A stretch of DNA of 63,943 nucleotides, filler included, from Folioceros fuciformis (taxonomy: Eukaryota): NCBI GenBank assembly GCA_049999805.1. It is 5 parts of 3 records of this genome, joined end to end, with 100 filler letters (N's around TTAATTAATTAA, not from the genome) between each part and the next. Parts side by side here need not be neighbours in the genome. Positions count along the whole stretch, not along the records: positions 1 to 15,455 come from JBNGIO010006183.1; positions 15,556 to 33,891 come from JBNGIO010006183.1; 3 more parts are not named here. One strand, 5' to 3'. Shown in pieces: positions 11,415 through 24,496 of this stretch (position 1 is its first letter; each line of letters starts with the position of its first letter). The notes below the pieces were generated by a model. The model did no database searches and was not told the DNA's origin. It saw only the letters and a program-made list of their open reading frames with translations. The position numbers and the translations under genes are program-made.

Positions 11415-14400
11415 CTACCTTCCCTCCGGAAGGAGTTCCTTGAAACTCGGCTCAGAACTACCGGAGCTGAATGTCCGACTTTCACACACGACCAAGATAG
11501 CTCTCAATTCCGTCAGAACCTGGGCAATGTTTGGTCGGTTGGCTGGATGTCGATCAACGCACTTCACAATCAGAGCTGCCAACATTTCTATGCCCAAGGA
11601 TGAACCAAAACCGACCAGACTAGGATCCAAGACAATGGATAGTGAATTCGCCCGTAGTTGTGGAATCGCCTGCGTGAGCAAGGGATAACCGTCAGGTACA
11701 GGAACATGCCATTTTCATCCGCTAATCGTCGCTTGCAGATGGTGCTGGACTGGCGAGAAATACTGACCCATGCTGCTAGGCTGTATTCATCTGGAGGAAG
11801 ATGTGAAGCCAGGGGCTCCCGAGCGCAAAGCATCTCCAGGAGGACAATGCCAAAGCTATAAACGTCACTCTTTTCTGTGAGCTGCTGGGTTGAGTAATAC
11901 CTGCGACAGAAGAAAAATGTTCAATCAGGTCCCAATCTTTCTGCAAGGGAAGGTTAAGGCCTTATTCCAATCACAACTGATGGGCATCGTCAGAACCACG
12001 CAGAAAAACAAGAGGAACAAAGTTTCTGTTCTACTTACTCGGGGTCAAGGTAGCCCGCCGTACCCTTCACCAATGTTGTCACATGGGTTGCGTCTGCGTT
12101 TACAACCAGCCTAGACAAGCCAAAATCACACACTCTTGCTACCATATTAGCATCTAGGAGGATATTGCTGCTTTTGACGTCTCGGTGGATGATCCTGGGA
12201 TCACAGTGGTTATGGAGATAGTCGATACCTGCATTTCCATGCGTGCTAAGTCACATCACTTACGAAGGGTCTATTATACAGACGGACCCAAAAAAACCAT
12301 CTTGCAGGAATACCTGTTGCCGCCCCAATTGCTATTCTCAACCGTGCCTTGAAGTCCAGATGTTTTATCCTAGCTTGCGGCCCTGCCATTTCAGTCTGCT
12401 TTAGCGAATCGTTTCATAGATGAAGAATGCATGCTATACAACACCAGAGTCTTAACACTCACCATACAAGTTGTCTGCCAGCGTTCCGTTTGGAATATAC
12501 TCATAGACAAGACCCTGCTTGTCAGCTTCTTCGCAGTAGCCCAGAAGTGTCACAAGATTTGGGTGGCGGACTCGAGAGAGCAAACTCACCTTCAGATAAA
12601 GAACAGGACATATGGGAATTACCACACTGAAGGAAACTAGGTGGAGCGAAGAACAAAGTTGCACCCGTAGCACACGCATCTAGACGATCTGAAGATGAGT
12701 ACACTACCTCGTTCGCAAACGAAGTTGCCCCTAACCGAGATGAGTCTGCCCTTAGCTTTACCGCGATTTCTTGTCCTCCTGGAAGTTGGCCGTAGTATAC
12801 GGATCCAAAACCTCCCTTCCCACGGATATTTTCAAAATGTTTGGTGGCAACATTGAGTTCCTTCAAGGAGAACCGTTTGGCAGTGCCCCAGTCTTCAGGA
12901 TCACGTTCTGGCACATCTGTGTCAACCGTCAAAAGATAAGGCAAATTGAAGCACCAGACTGAAAGAACTACCAATGCACGTCTCCAAATAAACCAACCAT
13001 GAACAAAGTGGGTAGGACTTTACTCACTTTCTGAACTTTTTCTTCGCTTCCAAAAAACCATTCCAGCGCAGGATGCTCCTCCGACAAGCAAAACAGCTCC
13101 GACGGAGACGCCTACAATGACCATTGAGTTCGACTTGCCCTTGTTGCTACCACTTGGCGCCCCTGGAGCGGGCGCTGTAGCACAAACCATCTTACCCAAG
13201 CAGGCGTTCCCAAGAAAACTGCACGGGGCTATAATAAATAGTTATTCACGAGCAGTAAAAGAGGAACACAACAACATACAAGCGAGGGAACGAACGTCAA
13301 GTTCTATCTCAGCAAATCAGAAGAATACAAAACTTACTTAAACAACAGATTTTGCCGATTAGAAATTGAATCCGGTATGATTCCTGAAAGATCATTGTTC
13401 GACACATCCCTAGAGCATGGCAAGGGTCATCATCGACAACAAGCAAGCCAATCGAGTTCTTACTGCTCAAAAGCACTTTCATTAGCGCAGTTTCTTACAA
13501 TTGCGAAAGCCTGGGAAGTTCACCCAAATTTCCTGGTATGCTACCTCGAAGGCGATTGTTTGACATGTCCCTGAACATGTCCAGGACTGTTAGAGAAGAA
13601 AAAAGGCTATGCTTGCAGGGAACGCTCAAAGCACAGTGAAGTCACATAGAAAACACCGGTGCTCACAGAATCTGAAGTGCAACATCCGTGCTAAAATCCG
13701 GAATGGCGGTGAAATTGTTATGGCTCAAATTCCTGGCATGCAGCTTATAGTGAGGAATACCCATACACCAGAGGTGCAGTACAACAATGCAAACACACAT
13801 GGCTGGAATGTTGCACCGGAATCAGCATCATTTCTCCAGGCATCACTCAAGCTGGGTTGCGAATCCCTCAAGGTGTTAGAAGGAGGAGGTAACTCACAGC
13901 ACTTGAAGTAGCGGAAGTTTTGTCACGTAAGTAAGCTCAGAAGCCAGAGCATTGTATTCGAGCTCTCTGCACGACAGCGCAACGTATCAGGGTATCAGGC
14001 TCCCACCACATCCTGGAGACTTGTCCAACAGAGAAAGAAACGACAAAACAAAGAGGACTTGTAGCATCCACTCGCATGTGAAACGCAGATATCATACAAT
14101 GTAAGTAGTGCAGACATGTCCTGGATAGGAAATAGTAAAGCTGGGGCTGGGAGGTAACCAGACAAGTGCCTGAGGATATAACCAGACTCACAAAGTCAGA
14201 GTGCAGCACGTTGAAGGTCAGCGGCATCATGCAAATGAGAAAGAATACTGCACCCACAATGCTGTGATCCTGGGGGGCGCTTCAGAGGAGCAACTAACTC
14301 GTTGCCATGGAATGGGAAGGCAAGGATCCCAGTTGTCCCAGTCTCCAATGCCTTGTGCATAGATAAGTTTGATAGCGTTCAGAGCATTTGCTGCCAAAAA

Positions 14401-15455
14401 AAAAGAGAGCGACAGACAAATTAACCCTGGTTTCCTAGTGACCACGACACAAAATCTTATGTAACCAACATTGCAAAATTGGTTGGTAGTACCGACGTAC
14501 CATCTTTTGAATACGTCTGAGGAGAAGGAGAGATTTCTTCATAAACTTCAAGAGCACTCAGAAATGGAACGGCCCCTCCGGTTGCTACTACTGTGTAGAT
14601 TAACTGGTCGGATGTAAGAATCCTGAATGAGCTGTTCGTTGCCACAAAGTTCTGAGAGAAAGACAAAACTCCTTTCGAAACGCGATTCGCTATGATGAAC
14701 AAATTTCCAGAGGTACTGTTCAGATTGGCGAAGTAGGCTATCACAGAATAGTTCTTAGCTTCGGATGTCAGTCGAAGAGAATACGTCAAGTTGTTGTTAG
14801 AGACCATCTCTGTGGCTGTTTGAAGAACCGAAAGAGGAGGAGAGTCGCCAGCAACCCCAGTTAAGTCAACTGACATATTGGTACTGATAGCAACAGAGCC
14901 ATTAGGCTTGATGCTCTGGTCTGATGTCCACAGTCTGTCATACGAATCGAGTGGGAACCTGTATCAAACAGGATACAGAAGCTGGAATAAGAAGATCGAG
15001 ACTTAAAACACATTGAGGGCCTGGATGTTGAAAAAACTAAGTCCGGGATGGGACCATCAGGTCTTGCGAACAGAAAGCGCGAGGGTGCGATGGCCTGGTC
15101 TTATACCTCACAACCTCCTGAGTACCCCCGCAGTCGATGCGATAAATAGTCCGGAGAAGAACAAGAGGAGCACGAACTTCGTAAGAACCTGACAGCAAGG
15201 GGCGAACTTCGAGCAGAGAAATGACAGGAGCCCCTCTACCCGGCTGAGGTAGCAAGCAAAACGGTACAGGATTGGACTCTTCATCAATAATGATCTCTTC
15301 AACCACATTATCCGTAATGTTGAGGTCGACAAAGGCGACAGCTGTGGTCTTCAGGAACACCTGAAAGGCCGGAGGTTGCTCGTGAAAATCGTAGTTCCCA
15401 TACCGGAATGTTGCCCTGACCAAATTCCGCCCGACGCTCAGGTTCAAACTGTAGC
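11415..15455 (-). CDS. Malectin-like domain LRR receptor-like kinase (LRR-I/SYMRK-like architecture); 5' end lost in gap
   Basis: MLD ([41 protein letters not shown]), xDPC linker (WDPCLPIPW), one-LRR exons ([32 protein letters not shown]), TM segment followed by WKRRK, kinase ([23 protein letters not shown]), ending PEGR*. Confidence 0.9.
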
Positions 15456-15555
15456 NNNNNNNNNNNNNNNNNNNNNNNNNNNNNNNNNNNNNNNNNNNNT
15501 TAATTAATTAANNNNNNNNNNNNNNNNNNNNNNNNNNNNNNNNNNNNNNNNNNNN
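15456..15555. other. Assembly gap with artificial TTAATTAATTAA spacer (same at 33892-33991, 41010-41109, 62227-62326; plain N gaps at 302-401, 52370-52379, 60403-60502)
   Basis: An identical all-frame-stop linker is centred in 100-nt N blocks. Confidence 0.95.
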
Positions 15556-16299
15556 CAATTGCATACTTAGTCACCTGGCTGCCGACCAACACATGCTCAG
15601 CTTCTCTCACAGCCTTCCCTCAAAGATTTGGTCAGTTTTAGCGGTGTCCCGTAGCAGGTCCTGCAGCCCCTCCCTGTTCTCCATCTCCTCCAGTAGCTGG
15701 GGATCAGAAGCAGTTGTTGGCATCGGCCCTCCCCAATCCACTGTCAGGTTGATGTTCATCCTGAATCGACCTATGGTGATGGCCTGCCCGACATTGATCC
15801 GTTCCTCCCAGTCTCTGTCGCCAGCTGGTGGACCGAGTGTGGCAGCTTGCTGGCACGGCTCCATCTTTGGTGTACGCTTCCTAAGGTCCCGTTCGCTGCG
15901 CGCGTACGTCTTTCCGCTCCTGGTCTTCATAGTGACAAATCTGGTCAGTAATTGGATCACATGGAAGAGCACAAGTTTGAATGCAGCGATTGTGGCTGGT
16001 AGCAGCTGAGACTCCATAGTTATCGACGGTAAGCACTCGATGGCGGTGGGTGGCGATGCTGGTAGCAGGATCTCGTGGCCACTGCAAGGACTTAGCATGT
16101 AGCTCGTTGCGCTCGAGAGGGAGTGTGACGAGTTAAGGCCCCTTACGTACAGGGTATATAGTTAGGGTTACTCGCTTACTTGCTGGTTATTCATATTAAG
16201 GCTAAATATGTGAAGGGTTGCATAGTTGAAGAGGTGCATGACAATAAACACTTGAAGTGATATTTTGTACATTCATTTTTTTTAATGTAGAGAAAAACA
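15556..16299 (+). mobile_element. 3' end of a copia-type LTR element (antisense accessory ORF, PPT, probable 3' LTR); rest lies in gap
   Basis: Sequence is homologous to the 3' region of the copia at 62327-63943. PPT GAGAGGGAG is followed by TGTGAC at 16124. The LTR end is approximate. Confidence 0.55.
15607..15930 (-). CDS. Retrotransposon antisense accessory ORF (MKTRSGK family), with a probable 1-nt frameshift near the C-terminus
   Basis: Clear protein-level similarity to ORF 62418-62759. Confidence 0.55.
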   Translation of the reverse strand: MKTRSGKTYARSERDLRKRTPKMEPCQQAATLGPPAGDRDWEERINVGQAITIGRFRMNINLTVDWGGPMPTTASDPQLLEEMENREGLQDLLRDTAKTDQIFEGRL

Positions 16300-16349
16300 T
16301 AGTTGAGGCAAACATGCTAGCTCTCTACGTAAATTACACACCTGTGCTT

Positions 16350-18230
16350 ATTGTTGTTCTAAAAACCATGTTGGCCGATACTCTTTGCAAAGTAATGGAT
16401 ACGCGTTGTCGAAAGAAGGCCACCACAGAGGAAAGAGAGAGAACACTATTCTTATGACTTTAATAAACCTTAGCGCACTCCTTGATAAACCTTGGAAAGT
16501 CCTTGCCCATAGCCCCATGAGTCTCAAGAGCAAGGGGGATGAAAGTATGCTTGTCTTACAAGGGAGAATACCTATAGACTTTGGTGCTTGCACAACCCTC
16601 CGCCACCCAACCAGGGGGTTGATGATGACATGCTTGTAGATCGAATCCCTAGTGGGATCTGTAACAGCCATATCAGCGACACAAACATATTTCGCCATAG
16701 TGAAAAAAAGGTCGGTTCTAAGTGAAACCCCGTTGCACATAGTATATGCACGCTCCCTATACGAAAGAAACCCACACTTCCTAGCCATTGAGAACATGAC
16801 ATCTTAAATTGCACCATGGGTGGCAATGCAGTGCTCCCGACAGGACAACGTGCCAGATGGGACCTGTATTGACAATGGCAGCCCCACAACTGCATGTAGA
16901 GAGAAAAAGCTAAGGGGTGGGCCAAACCTAAGCGAAATCTCATCTCGGCAGCGAAAGTTGCTGGTGTGATTCAAAATGACTGGATGCAAGGTTGAGCCAA
17001 AAGCCTGTTCCTTTATCTGAAGAAGAGCAAATACGAGCCCAAGAAGACCTAGGGATGTATGGGTCCGAAAGAAGAGCTCTTAGTGCTTGGCCATATTGCT
17101 TTTCTAGGAGGGAGGCATGGAGGCCCCTCAAGCCTTCCCTAGAAAATGAGGTGAAAGGAGGCAGAGCTTCATGAGCCTCCAAAGGTAAAGAATCTCTCGT
17201 TTGCCTAAGGGATACCTGTATAGGGAAACGCCCTCCTCAACACTTGAGATAAAACCTTTAAGAAGAGTGGAATCTTGCAGCAAAAAATAAGAGGCCAAAA
17301 TTGGAGCTAAGAGAGCCCAACTATTGAGAAAGGCATATGGGGTAGAGGCGTCCATGGCCTAAAGGCCAAGCCCTCCAAAGGTGATAGGCAAGGAAGCCTA
17401 CTTTCGAGCCAAATCAATGATACATTTAAAGGTGCTAGAACCTATGATGTCCCTTAGAGCTTGCATAACTTGATTATCAAACTTCATGAGACTTGATAAG
17501 AAAACTGGAGAAGGCATAACAGTTCTAGTGAAATAACCTAGTCGACGCGGAAAACAGGAAGAAAGAATACCAAACGTACCATGAGGATCACCGATTTGTG
17601 AGAGGTCCAGGATATGAGCCAAACCTTCATCCAATGCTACATCCACAAACCTATGAACAAAATCAAGAGATCCCACAAGAACACTCAAGACTCGAAGTCC
17701 CTACGAGGGGGTGATATTGCCCCCTGAATATTGAAGGCGTGACGTGATGCTTAAAGGGGACTAAACTCTACATTTAGACAGCTTAACCCACAACCCCACC
17801 TTGGAGAGCTCTAACGAGAAGAAATCAAATGTTGTTTTGATTGTAACTCCTTGCCCAAGAATATGAGTGTTATCATCCATGGATGGGAAAGGGCATTCCC
17901 AAAATATTAAAGCAGTGAAAGACAACGCTAGAAAATGCGCCATAGCAAAAAAAAGCACCCCCCAGTGGATCCTCTTGCCTTGTGCTTGTTGCTGAACAAA
18001 AAATTAAGATCCCTCACTAGTTGGGCCATGTTGGTAGTAGAGCTTGGATGGCAAGCCATAAGAAGGAACGAACAAAAGGGATAAGACTTGCCAATTGACC
18101 TCCTGCACTCTTGAGACCCGAGAAGATGACGACCCTATAGACAGTGTTGAAAGTATTCTTAATATCAATGTGCAAAGCTACCCATTGAGGATGTAACTTG
18201 AGGGCCACTTTGATGTCGAAGGCGGTAGAT
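16350..18230 (-). mobile_element. Degenerate non-LTR retrotransposon, RT plus restriction-like endonuclease (CRE/R2-group-like)
   Basis: Collinear fragments HIDIKNTFN, TRQEDPLG, MDDNTHI, GGLGL, GFWL, a CxC...H...C knuckle and RTD...VADMAVTDP, broken by stops and frameshifts. Confidence 0.7.
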
Positions 18231-18344
18231 TTACACCCGCTTGGAGTAGCAATCCCAAATTGGTGGGGTGCAAGATGCGCTTGGAAGTGCTCTCAAAGTT
18301 GAATTGTGATACTTCAGCTGATAAGGCGTAGAAATACCTCTCAC

Positions 18345-18572
18345 AGAGCAATAGGATGCACTCATGAAGTGAGCTTTTCCAACTCTAGAGCAATGGGATG
18401 CACTCATTGGAGTGAGCTTCTCCAACTCTAGCAGCCTACTAGCCGCCAAAGTAATAGGATGCACTCATTGGAGTGAGCTTTTCCAACTCTAGCAGCCTAC
18501 TAGCCGCCAAAGCAATGGGATGCACTCATTGGAGTGAGCTTTTCCAACTCTACCAGCCTACTAGCCGCCAAA
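18345..18572. repeat. Tandem repeat, ~60-bp unit (with a shorter ~39-bp variant), ~4 copies
   Basis: Repeated GGATGCACTCATTGGAGTGAGCTTTTCCAACTCTAGCAGCCTACTAGCCGCCAAA. Confidence 0.85.
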
Positions 18573-19151
18573 ACATGAGAGATTAGATTGAAAATTTCAT
18601 CCCTAGTCATATTAGCCACTAGTATATAAAGCTTCAAAAAACCACTTGAGGATCCTAAAAAAATAATCTTTAAAAATATTCATAAATGATGATAGCCTAT
18701 ACCAAATAAACCCCACAGATCTTTAAAAATAATCATAAATGATGATAGCATGTGCTAGACAAACCCCCAAAGAAAGCTAGACAAACCCCAGAGAAAGCTA
18801 GACAAACCCCCTGAGAAAGCTCCCGCGCAAAGAGAGTGCATACAAAAAACCTATACACCACTATCTAGACTGATCAGGCTGCAAACTCCGTAAAATTGCA
18901 TAAGGTAACTCTTCTGCGATCGTAACATACCACGATGGATTAACACGCGTGAACCATAACGTCTGTCCCTTTTCCTAAATCAGGAGACTAAGACGCAGGC
19001 TTTGGTCCTCCACACGCCACCCTTCCTTCAGGAAGACATGGACAGTACTAATGGCGCGTAGCCGGTGGAGAAAAATTCCCGATTGTGAAATGCTCAAACG
19101 TACAAGGGTAGCGACCTCTCCTTCAGTAAGACATGGTGAGGGCATGGTTTA

Positions 19152-21197
19152 CTACTTCAGGCTGTACCACGTGCCCGACGGCAAGTGTACGGTCTGCTCT
19201 GCATCCATGCCACCGGGGGGCTTCTGCTTGGGTTGCTCCTCTCCGGAGTGAAAACTTCCTACCTCCGCCGGCTTCTCGCCTAGCGCTTCCTGCAGATCTT
19301 GGAAGGAGACTGTTGCGGAGCCTCTGGGCTTGGGTGTCTGTTGTGAAGCGTGAGGGGACCATCCCGCCATATATATCACCTGTCACCACCCAGGGCGGTC
19401 ACATGAGGCCAAGGTGGGTGGGGCAAAGGTGGTTGAGCAGCAAGGGTACATCACAAGAAACAACCTGAAATGTGGCTGGGACTGAGCCATCCTCAGCTCC
19501 AAACATGGCCTCGTAGATCGCTGCGGCAGCTAAGGCTGTGTCCCTCTTTAGGACCTGCAGAGAACAAAGTGAGAGGTTATTGGTCTGGGTGGAGTGGAAA
19601 GGTTTCAAGGCGTTTTCTTCCAGGGGGACAGCATTTGGGGCTCCCCAAACCTGACTTCGCTGTCGGACTGCATTCGCCTCACCCATTGCACGCAAATGAT
19701 CAATCAACTCCAGAGCTGGCATCCACATTGAAAGAGGAGACACTTGGTGAGAAAGGGAATGGAGCACACACGACAGGGATACATAGCATGGCTTCTTACC
19801 ACTGGGATATCTCACGGTGAACGTATCCACGTCGACTGCGGGTAGTGCGAGCCCGGCTCTTGTGAGGAGGTTCCCGGCATCACGCACCTGGCCATTCGCC
19901 AAAGGCGCAGTCAAGGTTCCACCACAATCTAACCAACACATTTCACCAAGGCAAATGCAGAGCAGCATCAAACCTGTGCCAGTGGTGAAATGCGAGGACT
20001 CACTCCACCCTCCCTTTCTAGCTGGGCACATGTGCATGCAATCCTCAACTCCCTGCGCTAAGGATACCACAAGTATCACCTTAAATGGGCCAAGGATATG
20101 GAAATGACGGACAGTTTTACACAGACCATGCCCAACCTAAGTGATTCGCCCCCAAAGATGGAGGCCAGAAACAGGCCATCTGGTTTGAGCGCATTCCGGC
20201 ACTGGGTCACCCACCATAAACACACTCATCAAATACATGTCACCGCATCTTCTCAGAAAGGCCATTCAACCGGTGCAGGGAAATCCATAGTTTACCTGTA
20301 TGATGGCACCAGGAAGATCATTAACCCAGTGCAAGCCAAGAGAACTGACAATCAAGTCTAAAGACCTGCCACTCAACAAGACACACCATGTTTTCGAATG
20401 GCCAAACTGAATCAGTTGTCAACATTTATGGCGCCTAGTCCCACAGGTCAAACCTGAAGGAGACAAACAGCGGCTGACCTCTCTTCCAAAGGCAAAGATT
20501 CTTCATCCCCAACCATGTGCACATTTGTGATTGCTGGTGAACCAACACGGACACATTCTGCGGCTACGTTCTGTCTGGATTTTTCTATCATGTCAGTAGA
20601 GATATCCATGTTTATCAGGGTCTCCACACCACCTGTGGAGATCCAAAGTCAGGTTCTCAAGTTCTCAAGTTGGCAAGAGGAAGAGTTGAAAGAAATGCAC
20701 ATATCAGCTCACCACGGCCATGGAGCAACCGTCTAACGTGCTCAAAAGCACCACCTAGATTGAGAGCTGTTGGAAACTTTCTTTTGCAATCCTGCAGCAC
20801 GCAGTAGGGTAAAGGTCACCGTCAGTTGCCTACAACACCAACTGCATACACCTTATTCACGTCATCATGCACGGAAGGTTTGCAATCTACAAAGTACCCA
20901 CATCAAGCCGATCCAATAGAGTCTCTGTCACCACACTCAGCACTGGATCGTCCGCCTTCATTAACCAGGCTGCCCTGTCCCGCTGTATCCAAATCAAAAC
21001 ATCAAAGAAAACTTGTAAACCCTGCACTGTACCCTAGAGCATGTCTCCAATTCACCAGACGGAACACAAACTACCTGCTTCCGCTTAACATCCCTGTCAA
21101 AGATGTCCACGTTCCGGTCGCCAACAAGCTGCGCTCTAAGCTGGTGATCTGAAGAAGAGAAAGCCCTCAACAGCGGTCTGCGTGCGAGACGAGACAT
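19152..21197 (-). CDS. NDUFAF5: Mitochondrial complex I assembly factor / SAM-dependent methyltransferase-fold protein (At1g22800-like), multi-exon
   Basis: Transit-like N-terminus, [85 protein letters not shown]. Confidence 0.9.
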
Positions 21198-23208
21198 CGC
21201 CCCTCACGCCCGACCACCCCAGTTTCGTAATGAGTCCTGAGTATCTAAGATACATGAAACCAGAAGGCTGGGACTTCGTATCAGCCAGCTGCACGCTGCA
21301 CGACAAGAGGGAGAGTCGACACGATGCAACGGCTGCAGGGCACCCGATCTGGCATGTTGGCAGCTGACTCAAATCCATCACTTGACGACAAAGTAGGGCA
21401 AACATCCAGCTCAGTTCCCCCTCGTCTAACTGCTCCAAGCTTTCCTACTCCTCTTGCGGAGAGTTTATCCCCGAAGGTGCCCAATTCGTAGCAGACAACC
21501 TCCTCCTGGCATGACAGCGCGCCCGGCCGGCAATGTCTCCTACTTATACCGCGTCTCTCAAGTTGGACTGTCATCTTCCAAGCACACTTTCAGGGTGCGA
21601 ATGTTCATCCTAAGGAATCTACCAGATGGTTACCTGGATGGTTGTCTTGCAATATTGGAAGAAGACATCTGTGTTCTGTACGGTGTGCATTAATGATGTG
21701 AGCACATACCTGCTTCCAGGGACTTGACTGGTGATGCATGCAGCGCTAATAGGCTCTGTGGCAAGGGCTTGTGGACAGATCTGACAGACATTTCCATAGT
21801 ACGTACAGCAAATTATTTGTATTTATTCCTCGAGTTAGAGGTATCAGGATCTATTGCTCGGAGGCTTGGGCTATTTTCTTCTCTTAGGGAGTGCCACACT
21901 GGTGATTTTTTCCAGTTGCTTCCCGACATTGTCTTATCAAGATATTCCAGTTGAAAAACAGCAATGACTGCGACCATTGGATTCTCATGACAAGTGCATG
22001 AATTGATCTCTCGACTTTGAAAAGAGCAAAGAGCGACAGCGTTTCTTGAGCCGATGTGAGGAGCACTGACATGCCTATCCATGTTCGTAATTGAGTGCCC
22101 ACGCCTTTATGGCAAGCTTTTGGGTATGTAAAGTACGAGAAAAGAGGTGGTCCTGTTACGCTCATCCTTGCCACGCTGGGTGAGGACTATTGTCCTGCTC
22201 AAAGAAGTGAAGGTTTTGTAGAGGAATATATTGTCCTCGTGGACAGTGTGAAGCAAGGAGCAAGGAGAACAACGTCCACCACAATGTGCACACTGTTTCC
22301 CAATCTTTCTCCAGGAGCGGGCTACAGCAAAGTCTATCATGGGAGACGTCAAACACCAACGCTTGTGCCACGTACATATATATACATGCGCACAAGTATC
22401 TCCAAATGTGTCTGTACGAGGACGAAACAAGTGGACCACCTGTCAGCAAGACATAGAAGGCTTGTCAGTGTGGGTAAGCGATGGGGCCCGTGGCCCAGGA
22501 CACGGCTCCCTCCAATCACTTATCACTAAGAACGAGAAACCAGGAGCTGCACGCATCGGGAGCAGGCATCCCTTCAGCAGTCCCCTTCGCTCATCACGTG
22601 TCTCAGACAGCAAAAGCAGCCAGAGATACAGGCCCAGCCGCCTGACCAATGCCAACTGGAGCCGAATGTGTGGGCCAGCCAGGAATACACAGAAACCCCT
22701 TCCAAGTTACCACCACAAATTCCAGCCTCTAGGGTTCAGGGCTCTCTTAGCCACAACAAGTTCTGGGGCTCCCAGAAGCCCACGTGACGGTGCAAAACAT
22801 TCATGAATGTTGTCGAGCAACACTTGTTGCTTTCAATTGGACACCCCAGGGGCCCCATATCCTCACAATTGATTATTTGTGAACGCACGCTACAACAACA
22901 TTTCACCAACTTTAGGTGACTTCCGCAATTAGTTAATGCATCATTTTTCCTGCCTGACTTTGACCAAAAGCACTTCGCTCGTGAGCATAAAAATTAACAA
23001 GAGGAAGAGCAATGCCACCATTTTGATTACAAAATTGAATAACATCTGCGCCTCCAGAGATAACTAAGCCTCGGTTTGCGTGGATAGAAAGAATTCACAT
23101 TACAGATTGCTGATACAGTGAAACATGACTAAGATTTCAAATACTGTATCATGTACAACTTGCAAAATGATCTACAGGCCGAACTACCCGAACAAACTAG
23201 CCGGTAAT

Positions 23209-24094
23209 TTAGACACCGGGAGTAAAGATAGTGGCGTAGGCCCAGGCGTTGTTGACGGCGGGGTCAGCCAAGTGATCAGACAGGTTCTCGAGGGGTCCCT
23301 TGCCAGTGACAATGGCTTGGACGAAGAAGCCGAACATGGAGAACATGGCGAGTCTGCCATTCTTGAGCTCCTTCACCTTCAACTCAGCGAAGGTGTCGGG
23401 GTCATCAGCCAGACCCAAGGGGTCGAAGGAGCCGCCGGGGTAGAGGGGGTCAGTCACCTCTCCCAGAGGACCTCCAGCAACACGGTAAGCCTCAACGGCT
23501 CCCATGAGCACCACCTGGGAGGCCCAGATGGCCAAAATGCTCTGTGCGTGCACAAGGCTGGGGTTGCCGAGGTAGTCCAAACCACCCTCAGAGAAGATTT
23601 GGCTCCCGGCCTTGAACCACACAGCCTCACCGAAGGTGACGCCGTTCTTGGACAGCAGCTCGGGGAAGATGCAGCCGAGTGTACCGAGCATGGCCCAGCG
23701 AGAGTGGATAACCTCAAGCTCCCGGTTCTTGGCGAAGGTCTCGGGGTCGGAGGAAAGTCCGGCGGTGTCCCAGCCGTAGTCGCCAGGGAACTCACCGGTG
23801 AGGTAGGACGGGGTGGCGCCGGAGAAAGGGCCCAGGTACTTGGGGCGGTCGGGGCCGTACCTGGAAGAAACACAATCAGCGTTAGAACGCCACTGCGGGC
23901 ACACAATGCAGCTCTGAGCAGTTGGCAGGAAGCCGTTGCGTTGCGAACCAGATGCTGGTCGGGGCAGACTTGGCGGTCCTCCTCATCTGAACGCGGGCCT
24001 CGACATTGCCGACACGGCGGGAGAGCTCAGAGGCCTGCTTCAGAACGGCCTGTCCGGCGAAGGAGGTCGAGGCGCAGGCGGTGGCGGAGGCCAT
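23209..24094 (-). CDS. LHCB2: Major LHCII chlorophyll a/b-binding protein, one intron (~23861-23948)
   Basis: Transit peptide followed by [57 protein letters not shown]. The intron and RRT N-terminus are Lhcb2-like. Confidence 0.95.
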
Positions 24095-24496
24095 GGCTGC
24101 CAGCGGCTCGACGCTGCGCTGCTGCAAAAGGAATGGAATGGTAGGAGGAAGCGAGAATGCGACTATACTCGCTAGCCAAGGTGCCGATATAGTGCTGCCG
24201 CTGTGAAGCCGCATCCGATTGTGCCATTTCCCATTGGCCCTCACAGATTTTACTGGCTGACGTGGTATCGGATTACGCGATGGGGGGACTGGTCATGAAG
24301 CCTGGTCAGTGTGAGGAGCACCGGCGCTTACACCCAGTAGCCCGTTCCGTCCCGTTACGATTCTCTCCGTTCCGTTATTATGGCCCCCGTCCCGTCCGAT
24401 CGTGGCTCTGGTTCCGCGTCCCGTTACCCAGTGCTCGGAGCGGCAGATAACGAGGATGAGGCTCTGAGGGTGGGGGTTTTTTTTTTTTTGTGAGCT
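24095..24496. promoter_or_regulatory. Compact divergent promoter region between LHCB and plastid RPS10
   Basis: Head-to-head ATGs ~400 bp apart; CCAAT on the minus strand (~24235), ACGTGG core (~24260) and clustered CCGTT/AACGG motifs at 24340-24430. Confidence 0.5.

Noticed and set aside
15500-15511. TTAATTAATTAA palindrome recurring inside N runs
   Set aside because: Artificial all-frame-stop scaffolding linker, not biological.
21200-22810. Several 60-155 aa ORFs with faint kinase- or LRR-like words (GAGYSKVYHG)
   Set aside because: No coherent motif order or spliceable model; possibly a decayed gene, but not supportable.
23125-24144. 339-aa plus-strand ORF
   Set aside because: Antisense shadow of the GC3-rich LHCB coding sequence; no independent motifs.
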